Source: an uncultured Gemmatimonadales bacterium (lineage in GTDB: Bacteria; Gemmatimonadota; Gemmatimonadetes; Longimicrobiales; Gaopeijiaceae). From it: DNA of 64,000 nt. The stretch is from contig CAWELD010000003.1 of the NCBI GenBank assembly GCA_963809895.1, forward strand, positions 1,376,001-1,440,000, given 5' to 3'. The notes beneath the pieces were generated by a model. The model searched no databases. It was not told the origin of the DNA and saw only the letters and a program-made list of their open reading frames with translations. Of this stretch, positions 29,784 through 39,331 are shown one piece after another; position 1 is the first letter of the stretch, and each line of letters starts with the position of its first letter. Both the position numbers and the translations under genes were made by a program.

Positions 29784-31834
29784 GGCGCCCGCGCATGCGA
29801 GGGCTCAAGAAGGTCGTGGTGGGCACGGGTCGCCGGGTGCGCCCCGGGCGAGGCGCGCTGGCCCTGCTCGCGCTGTGGGTGGGCGCCCTGGTGGCGGGAG
29901 CCGGAGGGCTCTTCTGGTGGGCCACCGCCAGCGCGTCGCCGGCCCGGACCCTGGCGCTGGCGGCCAGCGTGCTGCGGGAGCCTCCGGCGCTGGACTCGGC
30001 GCTGGAGGTGACCTGGACATGGTCCGTGGGAGGCACCCGTGACCTGGGAGATCGCTGGCTGGCCCTGGTGGCGCCGGCGCTGCCCCCGGGAATCTGCGTG
30101 TCGGCCGGCACCGAGCTGGACGATGCGTTGCGTCAGCTGGATGCCTCGGTGAGCCGCGGGGCCGGCGCCGAGGAGCTGGAGCGCCGACTGTTGGCGTTGC
30201 GCTCGGCGGGGACCGCGGCTCCCGGCAGCCGGGCCGAGTTCGTGGTGCGCTACAACCTGGCGCGCGGGTACGGCGCCGCCGGCGACTGGGCCACCGCGGC
30301 CGAGGTGCTGGAACCGGTCCTGGCCGGCTGGATCTCGCTGGAGCGGGTCCCGGAGACCAACGCCGGCACCGCCCTGGCCCGGGTGCGCCGCGGCGCCGTG
30401 GACCAGGAGTCGGCGCTGGACGCCTTCCACGGCCGCTACCTGGCGGGCACCATCGCCTACCGCCGCGGTGAGCCCGCCCGGGCCGTGGCCCATTTCCGCC
30501 GGGCCATCAACGCCGTGCACTACCTGCTCGCGCTGGGCGCCGGCGGTTCGCTGGGACCCGAGTCACACGACGAACGGGTGGTGGCCGCACTGGGCCCGGC
30601 CCGCTGTCCCGGAGCGCGGAGCGACGACGCCCTCACCTCGCTGGACGCCTACGCCGGGCTGGTGGCGTCGTACATGGCCGACACCGGGTTCCGCGACCCC
30701 GGTGGGCTTCCGGCCGAAGTGGCACGGACGCGGCTCGAGATCGATGCCGACGACCCCTTCGGACCTGTGCTGGAGCACGCGCGCCTGACCCGGGGCGATC
30801 CGGCGCGCACGCCGGTGCCCGAGAACCTGATGTGGGCGGCGTCCAACCTGCAGCGGGTCTACTACCACAACCGGCTCCGCCCCGAGCCCCGGCTCGAGGT
30901 GACCCGGGCGGTGCTGCTCCTGCACCTCACGGACCGCGACCCGTGGACCGAGGCGTTGCGGGAGCAGGGCGGCGCCGACGTGTGCCGCATGCTGGGCGAG
31001 CTGGGCGACGATCTGGAGCGCGATCAGTCCACGCTGCAGATCGGGCGAGCGCCCGGCGCACCGGTGGACAGCGCCCGGGCCGCCGTGGCGGTGCGCACCT
31101 TCGCCCGGCTGCAGCGGGACTGCGGAGGCGAAGGCGCCCCCACCGTCGATGCCCGCGCGCGGAGCGACTGGATCCGCATGGGCGGGCCCTACCTGACCCG
31201 AGGCGTGGGCAGCCTGTTCGAGGAGCTGCGCAGCCAGGTGGCCGCCGCAGTCCGCGAGGCCGGCACGCCGGTGCCCGTGCTGGAGGAGCGGCTGGCGCCG
31301 CCGGTGGAGCGGGCCAGCGCCTACCGGGCGTCGCTACACCGGGGTCGAATCCCCGGGGAGCTGCCCGCCGATCTCCCGGTGGCCCCGGTACGAGGCTTCG
31401 TGGACGACTGGTGGCAGGCCCTGTTCTCGGACGTAGCGGAGAGCCTGGTGGCCCGCGTGCGCCGGCCCGCCCCCGCCGGAGACGGCTCCATCCGGGCGGG
31501 CGAGGTGCCCGAGCTGCTGTCGGCGCTGGAATCGTCGGCCCACTACGCCGGGCTCCGGCCCGACCAGGTCTACTCCGTGTCCGAGACCGCCTCGCTGGCG
31601 GCCACGGGAGGTGCCCGAGCGGAACTGGGCTGGCGGCTACGGACCTGGATGCGCAACCGGCCGCTGGCGGCGGCGGGTGTACTGGCCGCCGTGGTGCTGG
31701 CCCTCACCGTGGCCGCCCTGCTGATGCACGTGAGCTGGTGGCGCTACCGGCTGCTCACCCGGCAGCGGCTGTACGTGGAAGAGGCCCGGGCCCGGGGCGT
31801 CGCCGAGGCCGGAACGCGGAGGAACGCCGCATGA
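29780..31834 (+). CDS. Operon gene 5: TPR-like protein with N- and C-terminal TM anchors
   Basis: YNLARGYGAAGDWATAAEVL and YLAGTIAYRRGEPARAVAHFRRAI are TPR-like; hydrophobic segments at both ends; ATGA overlaps on both sides. Confidence 0.75.
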   Translation: MRRPRMRGLKKVVVGTGRRVRPGRGALALLALWVGALVAGAGGLFWWATASASPARTLALAASVLREPPALDSALEVTWTWSVGGTRDLGDRWLALVAPALPPGICVSAGTELDDALRQLDASVSRGAGAEELERRLLALRSAGTAAPGSRAEFVVRYNLARGYGAAGDWATAAEVLEPVLAGWISLERVPETNAGTALARVRRGAVDQESALDAFHGRYLAGTIAYRRGEPARAVAHFRRAINAVHYLLALGAGGSLGPESHDERVVAALGPARCPGARSDDALTSLDAYAGLVASYMADTGFRDPGGLPAEVARTRLEIDADDPFGPVLEHARLTRGDPARTPVPENLMWAASNLQRVYYHNRLRPEPRLEVTRAVLLLHLTDRDPWTEALREQGGADVCRMLGELGDDLERDQSTLQIGRAPGAPVDSARAAVAVRTFARLQRDCGGEGAPTVDARARSDWIRMGGPYLTRGVGSLFEELRSQVAAAVREAGTPVPVLEERLAPPVERASAYRASLHRGRIPGELPADLPVAPVRGFVDDWWQALFSDVAESLVARVRRPAPAGDGSIRAGEVPELLSALESSAHYAGLRPDQVYSVSETASLAATGGARAELGWRLRTWMRNRPLAAAGVLAAVVLALTVAALLMHVSWWRYRLLTRQRLYVEEARARGVAEAGTRRNAA

Positions 31835-34800
31835 TCCTTCTGCTGCTGGGCGTGGTGTGCTTCGTGGCCGCTCTCCGGGTGGCCGGAAACGGCCGGGAGG
31901 GCGCTGGCGAGCTCGTGCGCGGCGCCGGAGCCGCGGCGTGGGCGGCGCTGGTGGCGCTCCTGATCCTCCTGCAGCTCGCCGTGGGGGCGCGCCGGGACCG
32001 TATGGAGGGCTACCGGCTCACGCTGTTGGGATTCCGGTACCAGGTGGCCGAGCAAGCCGGGGCTCCCGCCACGGCGTTGAGCGTCGGAGGCAGCTACGAG
32101 TCCGCGGACCTGTGGGTGCCCGGCGCCGGCGACCGCCCGGTGGCGCTGCTCAGGCCCGCCGCTACGGGCAACACCGTGGAGGTGCACGCCGAGTTCGACG
32201 CCGGGGCCGTGGCCATGGTGGAAGAGCGCGGGCTGCTGGGCTCGAGCTGGACGGTGCTGGGCGGCCGCAGCGTGGGCCCCGGCGACACGGTGGTGGTCCA
32301 GGGACCGGCCGCGAGCTACCGGCTGGTGGCCGAGACCGTGCCCGACACGCTCCACCTGTTGGGGACGCAGGTGGCCCTGCCCTGGGTGCGCCAGCACCTG
32401 CTGCGGTTGATGGGCCCCACCGGCTCGCCCGCCCCGGGTTCGGCGCTGCTCCCAGGTGTGGAGCGGGGCCCGCTGGCCAGCCTCCGGCGCTGGCATCCCT
32501 CGGTGCTGCAGCGGACCTATCCCCTGGCCGACGTGCTGACCGTGACCGGCGCAGAAGGCAGCCTTCCCGCGCTGTCCAGCTTCTTCTACTACCAGGACGG
32601 AGCGCTCCACCTGGCGGATCTGGACAGCGAGGTGCAGGTGCTGCCGGCGGCGAGTGCCGGTGACACCTCGGACCCGGCGCTACCCGACGCCATGCTGACC
32701 GGCGGCCGCCTCCTGGTGGCGGGTCTCCCCCATCGCGACTACCCGGAGCCCGATCTCACGCTGCCCGAGCGCTACGGCGTCCGGCCGCTGCGGTCGTTCC
32801 GGGTGGAGCGGCACGGGGCGTGGATCGATGCCGGGCTGTCGTCTCCCGAGGTCCGGGGGCTCGACCGGCAGGCGCTGGAAGAGCTGCGCCTGCCCGACAA
32901 CCGCGCCCAGGACGGCAGCGCCGTCTACCGCGTCCGCCTGGCCCCGGCCCGCGACGCGCTGGCACGCCAGGCCGTGGTCTTCGCGGCCTCCCCGGAGCGC
33001 TTCGCGGTGCCGGGCCAGGCGATCCTCACGCTTCCCGTGGATCCCGCCGACGGCGACATCGAGGTGCTCACGCCCTCGGGCCAGGCGAGCTGGCACACGG
33101 GGCGTCCCCTGGCCCTGGGGACCGGCGAGCGCAGCCTGCTGGTGCGCGTGGACGGCCAGGGCACCTCGACGGGCTACTGGCTGCTGCACGGGGCGCTCCT
33201 GCTGCTGCCCGTGCTGCTCTTCCTGCTGCGGCCCATGACCGGCCCGGTGTTCGCGCTGGCGCTGGCCGTGCTGGCCCTGGCGGGCTTCCGGCTGGTGTTG
33301 GCGCTGTCCGCGCTGGCGGCGCCGCCCTACGCCATGGAGGCTCAGCAGCTCGGACTGTGGCTGCTTCCGTTCCTGCCCTGGGCGGTGGTGGTGGCGGGCG
33401 AGCTGGGCGCCGGATGGCGAAGGACGGCCAATGCTCCCGAGCCGGCGCCGGCATCGTGGCGTCGCCACGGCTTCCACGCGGTGTACGCCCTGGTTCTCGT
33501 GGGATTCGCGGCGGTCCTCTTCCCCACCTCCTCCACCAAGGCCGGGGCCCTGGGGATCGTGGCGCTGGGCACGGCGGCCATGCGGATGTGGGCGGCCCGG
33601 GGATGGCCCAGGGTGCGAGCGGCGTGGCGGCGGTTCGCGGACCGGATCACCGGCCGCCCGTGGCTGCTCCGGGGATGGGCCCTGGGCCTGGGTCTGCTGG
33701 CGCTCCGGGCGCTGCTGGACGCCGCGGGATGGCGGGAGCAGTTGACGGTGGGCGGCACCCGCATCGGCGTGAGCCTGCTGTACACGCCGCTGGCGGTGGT
33801 CGCGCTGGCGCTGGTTCTGGTCCGGTGGGACGGCGTGTTGCGCCGGGCCCGCGCCGCCGGGGGATTCCCCGGCCAGGTGGCGCGCGCGCTCCTGGACGTG
33901 GGCGCCTTCCTGCTGCTGGCCTACGTGGGCGTCGGCGCCTGGATCAGCGACTTCGGGCTGGCGCTGGTGCTGCTTCCGGGGGCGCTGGTCCTGCTGGCGG
34001 TGGTGGGGGCGCGCTGGGCGCCCCCGGGCCGGGCCGGAGCGCTCACCATGGCCACCCTGGGTCTACCCCTCATGCTCTTCGTCCTGCTCCAGGTGGCGCC
34101 GCCGCTGCTGCGCTTCTCCTGGGGCGGCGACCTGCAGGCCGTGGACGCGCGCCTGGGCGAATGGAACCGCAACGAGCTCCTGCTCCTGGAGCGCGGCGAT
34201 CCGGAGGGGCTCCGCCTCATCGGCCAGCGTCGCAGCGAAGCGCTGGCGGTCATGCGCCAAACCATGCGCTCCTACACCCGGGGCAATCTGCTGGGCAAGG
34301 GATTCCTGGAGGGTCGCGTCTCCGACGAGATCGCCGAGACCTCGACCCGCGAGCACGTGGCCAGCGCCCTGCTGGCCAGCCAGTTCGGCCTGCCGGGCAC
34401 GGCGGGGCTGATCCTGGTGCTGCTGGCGCTGCTGCCGCCGGCGCTGGGCCTCCTGGGAGAGGAGGCTGGCGGAGACCGGGGCCGCGGGGGCGGCCCGACG
34501 TCGCCTTCGCGCCACGAGGGCGGCGGCCCCGCGGCGGGCGTGGGCGTCCTGGCGCTCCTGTTGGTGGCGCTGGTGCCGACGTCGTACCTGCTGCCGTCGC
34601 CCTTCAACGTGCTGCTGGTGGGCGTGGTGCTGCTGGCCCTGCTCGTGGCGCTGCTGGCGCCGGCGTTCGGGGGCGCGGGGGTGTGGGGATGGGCGAACGG
34701 CGGGACGCCCGAGGCCGGGAACGGTCCCGCCGCGCTCCCGGCGCGTCGCCTGATCGCCGCAGCGGCGCTCCTGACCATGGCGCTGGCCGGTCTCTACATG

Positions 34801-35046
34801 GTGCTGGCCAACTACGGGCTGGCGTTCTTCACCGGGAAGAACGTCTACCTGCTGGGGCTGGATTCGGTGGGAGACGCGCTGGAGGCGGTGGCGCTTCTGG
34901 CGCTGGCCGCGGTGGCGCTGGGCCTGGAGTCCTCGGCACCGACGAGGCACGAGACGGCGGTTCCGGAATCCCCCGAAACCGCGCTGCAGACGACCCACGC
35001 GGAGTGGTGGCACGCGTCCGACCGAGGACAGGGAGTGAGGGCATGA
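31831..35046 (+). CDS. Operon gene 6: ~1071-aa divergent SEDS-family (FtsW/RodA/SpoVE-like) polytopic membrane protein with a large N-terminal soluble domain
   Basis: SDFGLALV (cf. PDLGT), GNLLGKGFLEG, STREH...SQFGLPG (cf. HTDF...EExG) and NYGLAFFTGKNVYLL (cf. GLxPxTGxxLP) occur in SEDS order, directly upstream of a PBP. Confidence 0.72.
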   Translation: MILLLLGVVCFVAALRVAGNGREGAGELVRGAGAAAWAALVALLILLQLAVGARRDRMEGYRLTLLGFRYQVAEQAGAPATALSVGGSYESADLWVPGAGDRPVALLRPAATGNTVEVHAEFDAGAVAMVEERGLLGSSWTVLGGRSVGPGDTVVVQGPAASYRLVAETVPDTLHLLGTQVALPWVRQHLLRLMGPTGSPAPGSALLPGVERGPLASLRRWHPSVLQRTYPLADVLTVTGAEGSLPALSSFFYYQDGALHLADLDSEVQVLPAASAGDTSDPALPDAMLTGGRLLVAGLPHRDYPEPDLTLPERYGVRPLRSFRVERHGAWIDAGLSSPEVRGLDRQALEELRLPDNRAQDGSAVYRVRLAPARDALARQAVVFAASPERFAVPGQAILTLPVDPADGDIEVLTPSGQASWHTGRPLALGTGERSLLVRVDGQGTSTGYWLLHGALLLLPVLLFLLRPMTGPVFALALAVLALAGFRLVLALSALAAPPYAMEAQQLGLWLLPFLPWAVVVAGELGAGWRRTANAPEPAPASWRRHGFHAVYALVLVGFAAVLFPTSSTKAGALGIVALGTAAMRMWAARGWPRVRAAWRRFADRITGRPWLLRGWALGLGLLALRALLDAAGWREQLTVGGTRIGVSLLYTPLAVVALALVLVRWDGVLRRARAAGGFPGQVARALLDVGAFLLLAYVGVGAWISDFGLALVLLPGALVLLAVVGARWAPPGRAGALTMATLGLPLMLFVLLQVAPPLLRFSWGGDLQAVDARLGEWNRNELLLLERGDPEGLRLIGQRRSEALAVMRQTMRSYTRGNLLGKGFLEGRVSDEIAETSTREHVASALLASQFGLPGTAGLILVLLALLPPALGLLGEEAGGDRGRGGGPTSPSRHEGGGPAAGVGVLALLLVALVPTSYLLPSPFNVLLVGVVLLALLVALLAPAFGGAGVWGWANGGTPEAGNGPAALPARRLIAAAALLTMALAGLYMVLANYGLAFFTGKNVYLLGLDSVGDALEAVALLALAAVALGLESSAPTRHETAVPESPETALQTTHAEWWHASDRGQGVRA

Positions 35047-37605
35047 AGACGACCACCGCCGTCACCTGGGCCGCCGTCGGAACGCTGGCCGTGCTCGGCT
35101 GCCGTGAGCCTCGGGACGGCTCCGGCGGGCTTCTGGGCGCCGCAGGGCTTCGTGGCCCGGGCCGATACGCTCATCCAGCGGGGCAGGGCTGGGGCTGGTG
35201 TGCGAGGCGCAGGACTCCATCGTCACCCGCTTCACGGCCGGGAGCGACGAGGAGGCGTTCTTCGCCGCGAGCTACCTGCGCTCCGACGTGCGCGCGTTCA
35301 ACGCCGGGCAGGACCTGGACCGGTCGCCCTTCCTGGTGGACGGCTGCCGCCTCGTGGGCGTGGACCCGTTCTATCATCGCGTGGACCTGCCGTACAATCG
35401 CCTGCCGCGCTGGCGGGGCTCGCTGCTCTACACCTTCGAGGGCCGCACGGCGACGCTCGAGGGCGCCGCGGCGCAGGAGCTGGAGGTGCGCCGCCCGGTG
35501 GACCGACGGGACGCGGCCACGAGCTCCCAGCGGGTGTCTCCGGCTCAGGACGGAGCGCGGGTGCGCACCGCGCTGCTGCGACTCACCGCGCCCGGCACCC
35601 GCGAAGTCCTGGCCGATGCCTTCTTCGTGGGCGACGACCCGGTGCTGGCGGACCGACGTGACGTCGGATCCGCCGACGTGCTGCGCGTGAACGGCTTCCG
35701 CACGCCGCCTGGCCGGATCCTCGGCTGGAGCCGGGGGATTGGGTGCAGATGGCCAGCGGAGGGGTGTGGACCTGGCTGGCCGAGACCGACGACCGGGCCC
35801 GGGTCGCATCGTTCGTGCGCGTGCGGAACGACCGGGTGGAGCGCCTCTTCCCCGCCACCCGGCTGCAGCCCGTGCTGCAACCCTTCGGACGGGCCATGGA
35901 CCTGGCGCTCCAGACCGTGCCCGGCGGGTCGTCGGCCTCGCTGCTGCAGGCCGACGTGCGCCTGACGCTGGACCGGGAGCTCAGCGACGCCCTGGACGGG
36001 GTGATGGCGGACTGGTGCCGCGAGCACGCCGATCCCACGCGGCCGCGGGCGGCCTCGTTCCTGGTCATGGACGGCTTCACCGGCAAGGTGCGGGCCATGC
36101 CCAGCTGCCCGGGCGCCGCGGAGCTGGCGGCCTACGAGCCGCTGTCGGCGCGGACGCGGGAGCGCTTTCTCAGGAACCAGAACCTGGCGCCCCATCCCGT
36201 GGGGTCGGCGGCGAAGCCCTTCTGGACCGCCGCGGTGGCCACCACCTGGCCCAACATGCTGGACCTCCGGATCCCCGCCCACTCCCCAGGGCCGGCGGGG
36301 GCGGTGTTGGGCTGTCCGCTGTCGGCCCCCTATCACGACGGACACGGGTCCGCCGACTGGACCGGGCTCGAGACCTTCCTGCAGCGCTCGTGCAATCGCT
36401 ACGTGGTGCAGATGGCCTCGGCGGCGCTGGTCCTGGGATCCGCCACCGGCGGTGAGGCGTGCCGGGGGCCGCTGTCCGCGGCCGCGTTCGCGCGCTGCTT
36501 CCCGGCGGCGGAGGCAACCGGCGCCTCGGCCGCGGACTCCACCCGCGTGCTCCGCTTCTGTGACAACGTGGTGGCCACCGCGCTGGCGCCGGGGCTGGAG
36601 GTGGTGGGCGGGAGCTGCGACGACCTGCAGCTCGTCGATGCCGAGTTCGTGCCCGGTCCGGCGCTGTCGGCCATGACCAACGTGGCCGTCTACCGCGAGC
36701 CGTCGCCGGACCTCCGCGGGAGTGGGGGCTCGGCGGCGCTGGGCGATCAGTATCGCCTGGGCCGCTACCGGGTGGATGCCTGGCGGACCGTGCTCGATCG
36801 CCTCATCGCCGCCGGCGATACGGCCGACGTCGTGCACACTGCGCTACGGTTCGCCGGCGCGTCGCCCCAGGCCACCAACCTGGCGCTCAACACGGTGGAG
36901 GAGCTCCGCACCGACTGGGTCAACCTGCTGCTGGGCGGCGAGAACAGCCGCTGGTCCAACTTCGAGCTCGCCGAGGCCACGGCCCGGCTCATGACCGGGC
37001 GGGCCGTGCGAGGCACCTTCGCGGACAGCGTGGGACTGCCCGGGGGCGGGAATCCCCCCGCCGACTCGGCACCCCTGCTGGACGAGGCCACCGTGGCCCC
37101 CGGCGTCCGTCGCCGGGTGCTCCACGCCATGGAGCTGGTGGCGCGTCCGGGAGGCACCGCGGGGCGGCTGCAGCCGGCACTGGCCCGGCTGCGGGAGCGC
37201 GTGCGCGAGGCCGGCGGCCGCACCCCCTACGATCTCTACGCTTTCGCCAAGACCGGGACCCCCGCGGTGGAAACCTCCGCATCGGATCCGCGGCAGGGCG
37301 GCGTCCTCATCCTCGGCCTGCTGGCCGTGCCCAGCGACCAGGGTCGCAGCCGGGCCGTGTCCATGGACGCCTGGGTGAGCGCCTGCCCCCTGGATCCCGA
37401 TCTGCGCCGGGGGATTCTGGAAGTGCCACCCCGGGGCCTACTCGATCCCCAGCGCGCCGTGTCCCTGTCCGTGGCCATCTATCTGGACGACCTCGCCCCC
37501 GGCCAGGGGAGCGGCTCGGCCGTGGACCTGGCGCTCCGCGCTCTCGACGGTGTGGGCGATCTCATGGTCCGCGAGGTGGGGCGGAAGGTGGAGGATGCGG
37601 GCTGA
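35043..37605 (+). CDS. Operon gene 7: penicillin-binding transpeptidase-domain protein; apparent frameshifts near 35100, 35187 and 35725
   Basis: N-terminal anchor MKTTTAVTWAAVGTLAVLG; LTLDREL, VMDGFTGKVRAM, GSAAKP (SxxK, 36205-36216), SCN (36388-36396), AKTGT (KTG at 37249-37257). Confidence 0.8.
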
Positions 37606-37620
37606 CCTGGGCACTCGGGC

Positions 37621-38418
37621 TCACCACCACCGCACACCGTCCGGGATGGCCCCGGCCCGGATCGCTCGCCGGGCCTCCGCGAGCGCCTTTTTCGCGTCGG
37701 GCCCATTCCAGAACCGTTCCACGGCATCGAGGTGACTCAGGACGGCCTCCCGCTCCCCCACCTCGAGGAGCTCGCGCGCGAGTGAAAAGCCCGGTCCGAA
37801 CGACGACAACCGAGGTGTACTCTCACTCTCCCCGGCTCGACGAAGGAACTCGAGGGCCTCCTCGCGCTGCTGGCGCCGGAGCGCCACCCGGCCCCGAAGC
37901 TGGTTCATCTGATACTGGGTGTCGCCCCGCGTCCGGACGTCCGCCTGCGGGAGGCCCCGCAATGCGCTCGCGGCTAGGGAATCCGCTCTGTCCAGGTCAC
38001 CGGCCTCGAAAAGCGCCTCCGCGAGCGGACGGACCAGCATTCCCCGGACCATTTCGGCTTCCGGCTCGTCCGTGGATGACGGGACCTCCGCGAGGATCCG
38101 CTCCAGGCACACCTGCGATCTCCGGAAGGCCTCACGCCGGGCTTCGCCCTCCATTCCCGCTCGGTCACGGGCCCGGACGACGCAGATGCCCGGTCCATAC
38201 GCAGCCCAGAGTAAGCCGTCGTCTCGGGTCCTCATCGCCGATACGACGATCGTCAGAGCGGTGTCCCGGTCGGCAAGCGTCAACAGGTAGGGGTTCTCTC
38301 TCAACCGGGAACCCAGGGCCTCCCACTCGACCTCGGACGAGGGCACCACGATCCGTTGCCCCGACAGAAATCCGGGGACACACAACAGCATCCCGATCCC
38401 CACCATGCATGTCTTCAT
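37621..38418 (-). CDS. Hypothetical exported helical (TPR-like) protein
   Basis: Signal-like N-terminus, GGAG RBS, GRVALRR...EALEFL and SSFGPGFSLARELL; codon usage differs from the flanking operon. Confidence 0.65.
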   Translation of the reverse strand: MKTCMVGIGMLLCVPGFLSGQRIVVPSSEVEWEALGSRLRENPYLLTLADRDTALTIVVSAMRTRDDGLLWAAYGPGICVVRARDRAGMEGEARREAFRRSQVCLERILAEVPSSTDEPEAEMVRGMLVRPLAEALFEAGDLDRADSLAASALRGLPQADVRTRGDTQYQMNQLRGRVALRRQQREEALEFLRRAGESESTPRLSSFGPGFSLARELLEVGEREAVLSHLDAVERFWNGPDAKKALAEARRAIRAGAIPDGVRWW

Positions 38419-38497
38419 CTCCGACTCACCCCCTCATTATCCGTGTCGGGCTCAGACTCCGCACATCCCCTTTTCGGCCCGGGGGCCCGCGCTCGTC

Positions 38498-38526
38498 AGG
38501 GAGAACTCCCGGGCGATCTTGAGGCG
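38498..38526 (-). repeat. Degenerate third copy of the tRNA-Leu 3' half (old att scar)
   Basis: AGGGAGAACTCCCGGGCGATCTTGAGGCG matches the tRNA segment AGGGATAACTCCCGGGCGATTTTGAGTCG at 26 of 29 positions. Confidence 0.8.
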
Positions 38527-38540
38527 TTCGCGCGTCCGGA

Positions 38541-38936
38541 CGGATCGACGCCGTATTCCAGAACCTGGGATTCACACGACGGGGGCGCCATTGGTCGATG
38601 GGCGACCTGTTCGTGGAGGTGCCGTCCACCCATCTCACCGATCCGAGTGAGACCATCCGGGTCGGGCGATGGGTCTTTGAGATCATCGCCAAAGAAGTGC
38701 TGCTTGCCGATCGTATCGTCGGGTACCGGCAGTGGGGCGTCTCCGCCTGGGGCCAACAGGCCGTCGATCTCCTTGCCGCGTTTGGGGAGGACCTCGATCT
38801 GAGGTGGCTGGAGACGCGACTTGAGTCGGAAGGCTCGCTGGACGCACTCGAGCCTCTTCGGCGGCTCCGGTTGATGTCCGCCGACGACAGTCCGCACAGA
38901 ATGGCGCCCGGGGAAAGACTCGGCCTTTCCTATTGA
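38541..38936 (+). pseudogene. 5'-truncated fragment of a nucleotidyltransferase-like gene
   Basis: The frame reads RIDAVFQNLGFTRRGRHWSMGDLFVEVP...LLADRIVGYRQW...LDLRWL and has no credible start; it begins just inside the att scar. Family call tentative. Confidence 0.5.
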
Positions 38937-38984
38937 CAGCCAATAGGTGGCCGTCCCAAAATGCTCTTATTGTCCACCAATAGG
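38929..38984 (+). promoter_or_regulatory. Two palindromic operators C(C/T)TATTG-N5-CAATAGG, probable PadR autoregulation
   Basis: 38929-38947 overlaps TTGACA (38933-38938); 38966-38984 overlaps the AGGAG RBS. Confidence 0.8.
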
Positions 38985-38991
38985 AGAGCGG

Positions 38992-39324
38992 ATGGGCGGA
39001 AAGAAGATCGACGTCCTGCAGGGCACCCTGGACCTGATCCTGCTCAAGTTGCTGCAGGGCGGTGCCGCCAACGGATGGCAGCTCACGCAGTCCATCCAGG
39101 TCGTGTCGCAGGGCACGCTGGAGGTCAACTACGGCTCGATCTATCCGGCGCTCCGGCGCCTGGAGGCGCAGGGATGGATCAAGGGCCGGTGGGCGACGAC
39201 GGAGAACAATCGACGCGCCCGCTTCTACGAGCTCACGCCCTCGGGGCGCCGGCAACTCTCGGCCGAACGGAAGCAGTGGGAGCGCTTCTCCCATGCTCTC
39301 GGCCTGATCCTCGACACCGACTGA
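38992..39324 (+). CDS. PadR-family transcriptional regulator (acidobacterial type)
   Basis: LQGTLDLILLK, GSIYPALRRLE and TENNRRARFYELT. Confidence 0.94.
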   Translation: MGGKKIDVLQGTLDLILLKLLQGGAANGWQLTQSIQVVSQGTLEVNYGSIYPALRRLEAQGWIKGRWATTENNRRARFYELTPSGRRQLSAERKQWERFSHALGLILDTD

Positions 39325-39331
39325 GGCTCCC

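Noticed and set aside
27762..31830. N-terminal extensions of ORFs 27762..29783, 29000..31834 and 30832..35046
   Set aside because: They overlap the preceding genes in another frame and are Arg/Gly/Pro-rich noise; the ATGA/GTGA overlaps define the real starts.
35043..35200. Lipoprotein reading LAVLGC-REPRDG for the PBP N-terminus
   Set aside because: Codon usage collapses after the Cys, whereas the +1 frame (VSLGTAPAGFWAPQ) keeps high GC3, so an indel is more likely.
31831..37605. Calling the pair canonical ftsW/ftsI or rodA/mrdA
   Set aside because: Size, divergence and the absence of dcw or mre neighbours argue against housekeeping orthology.
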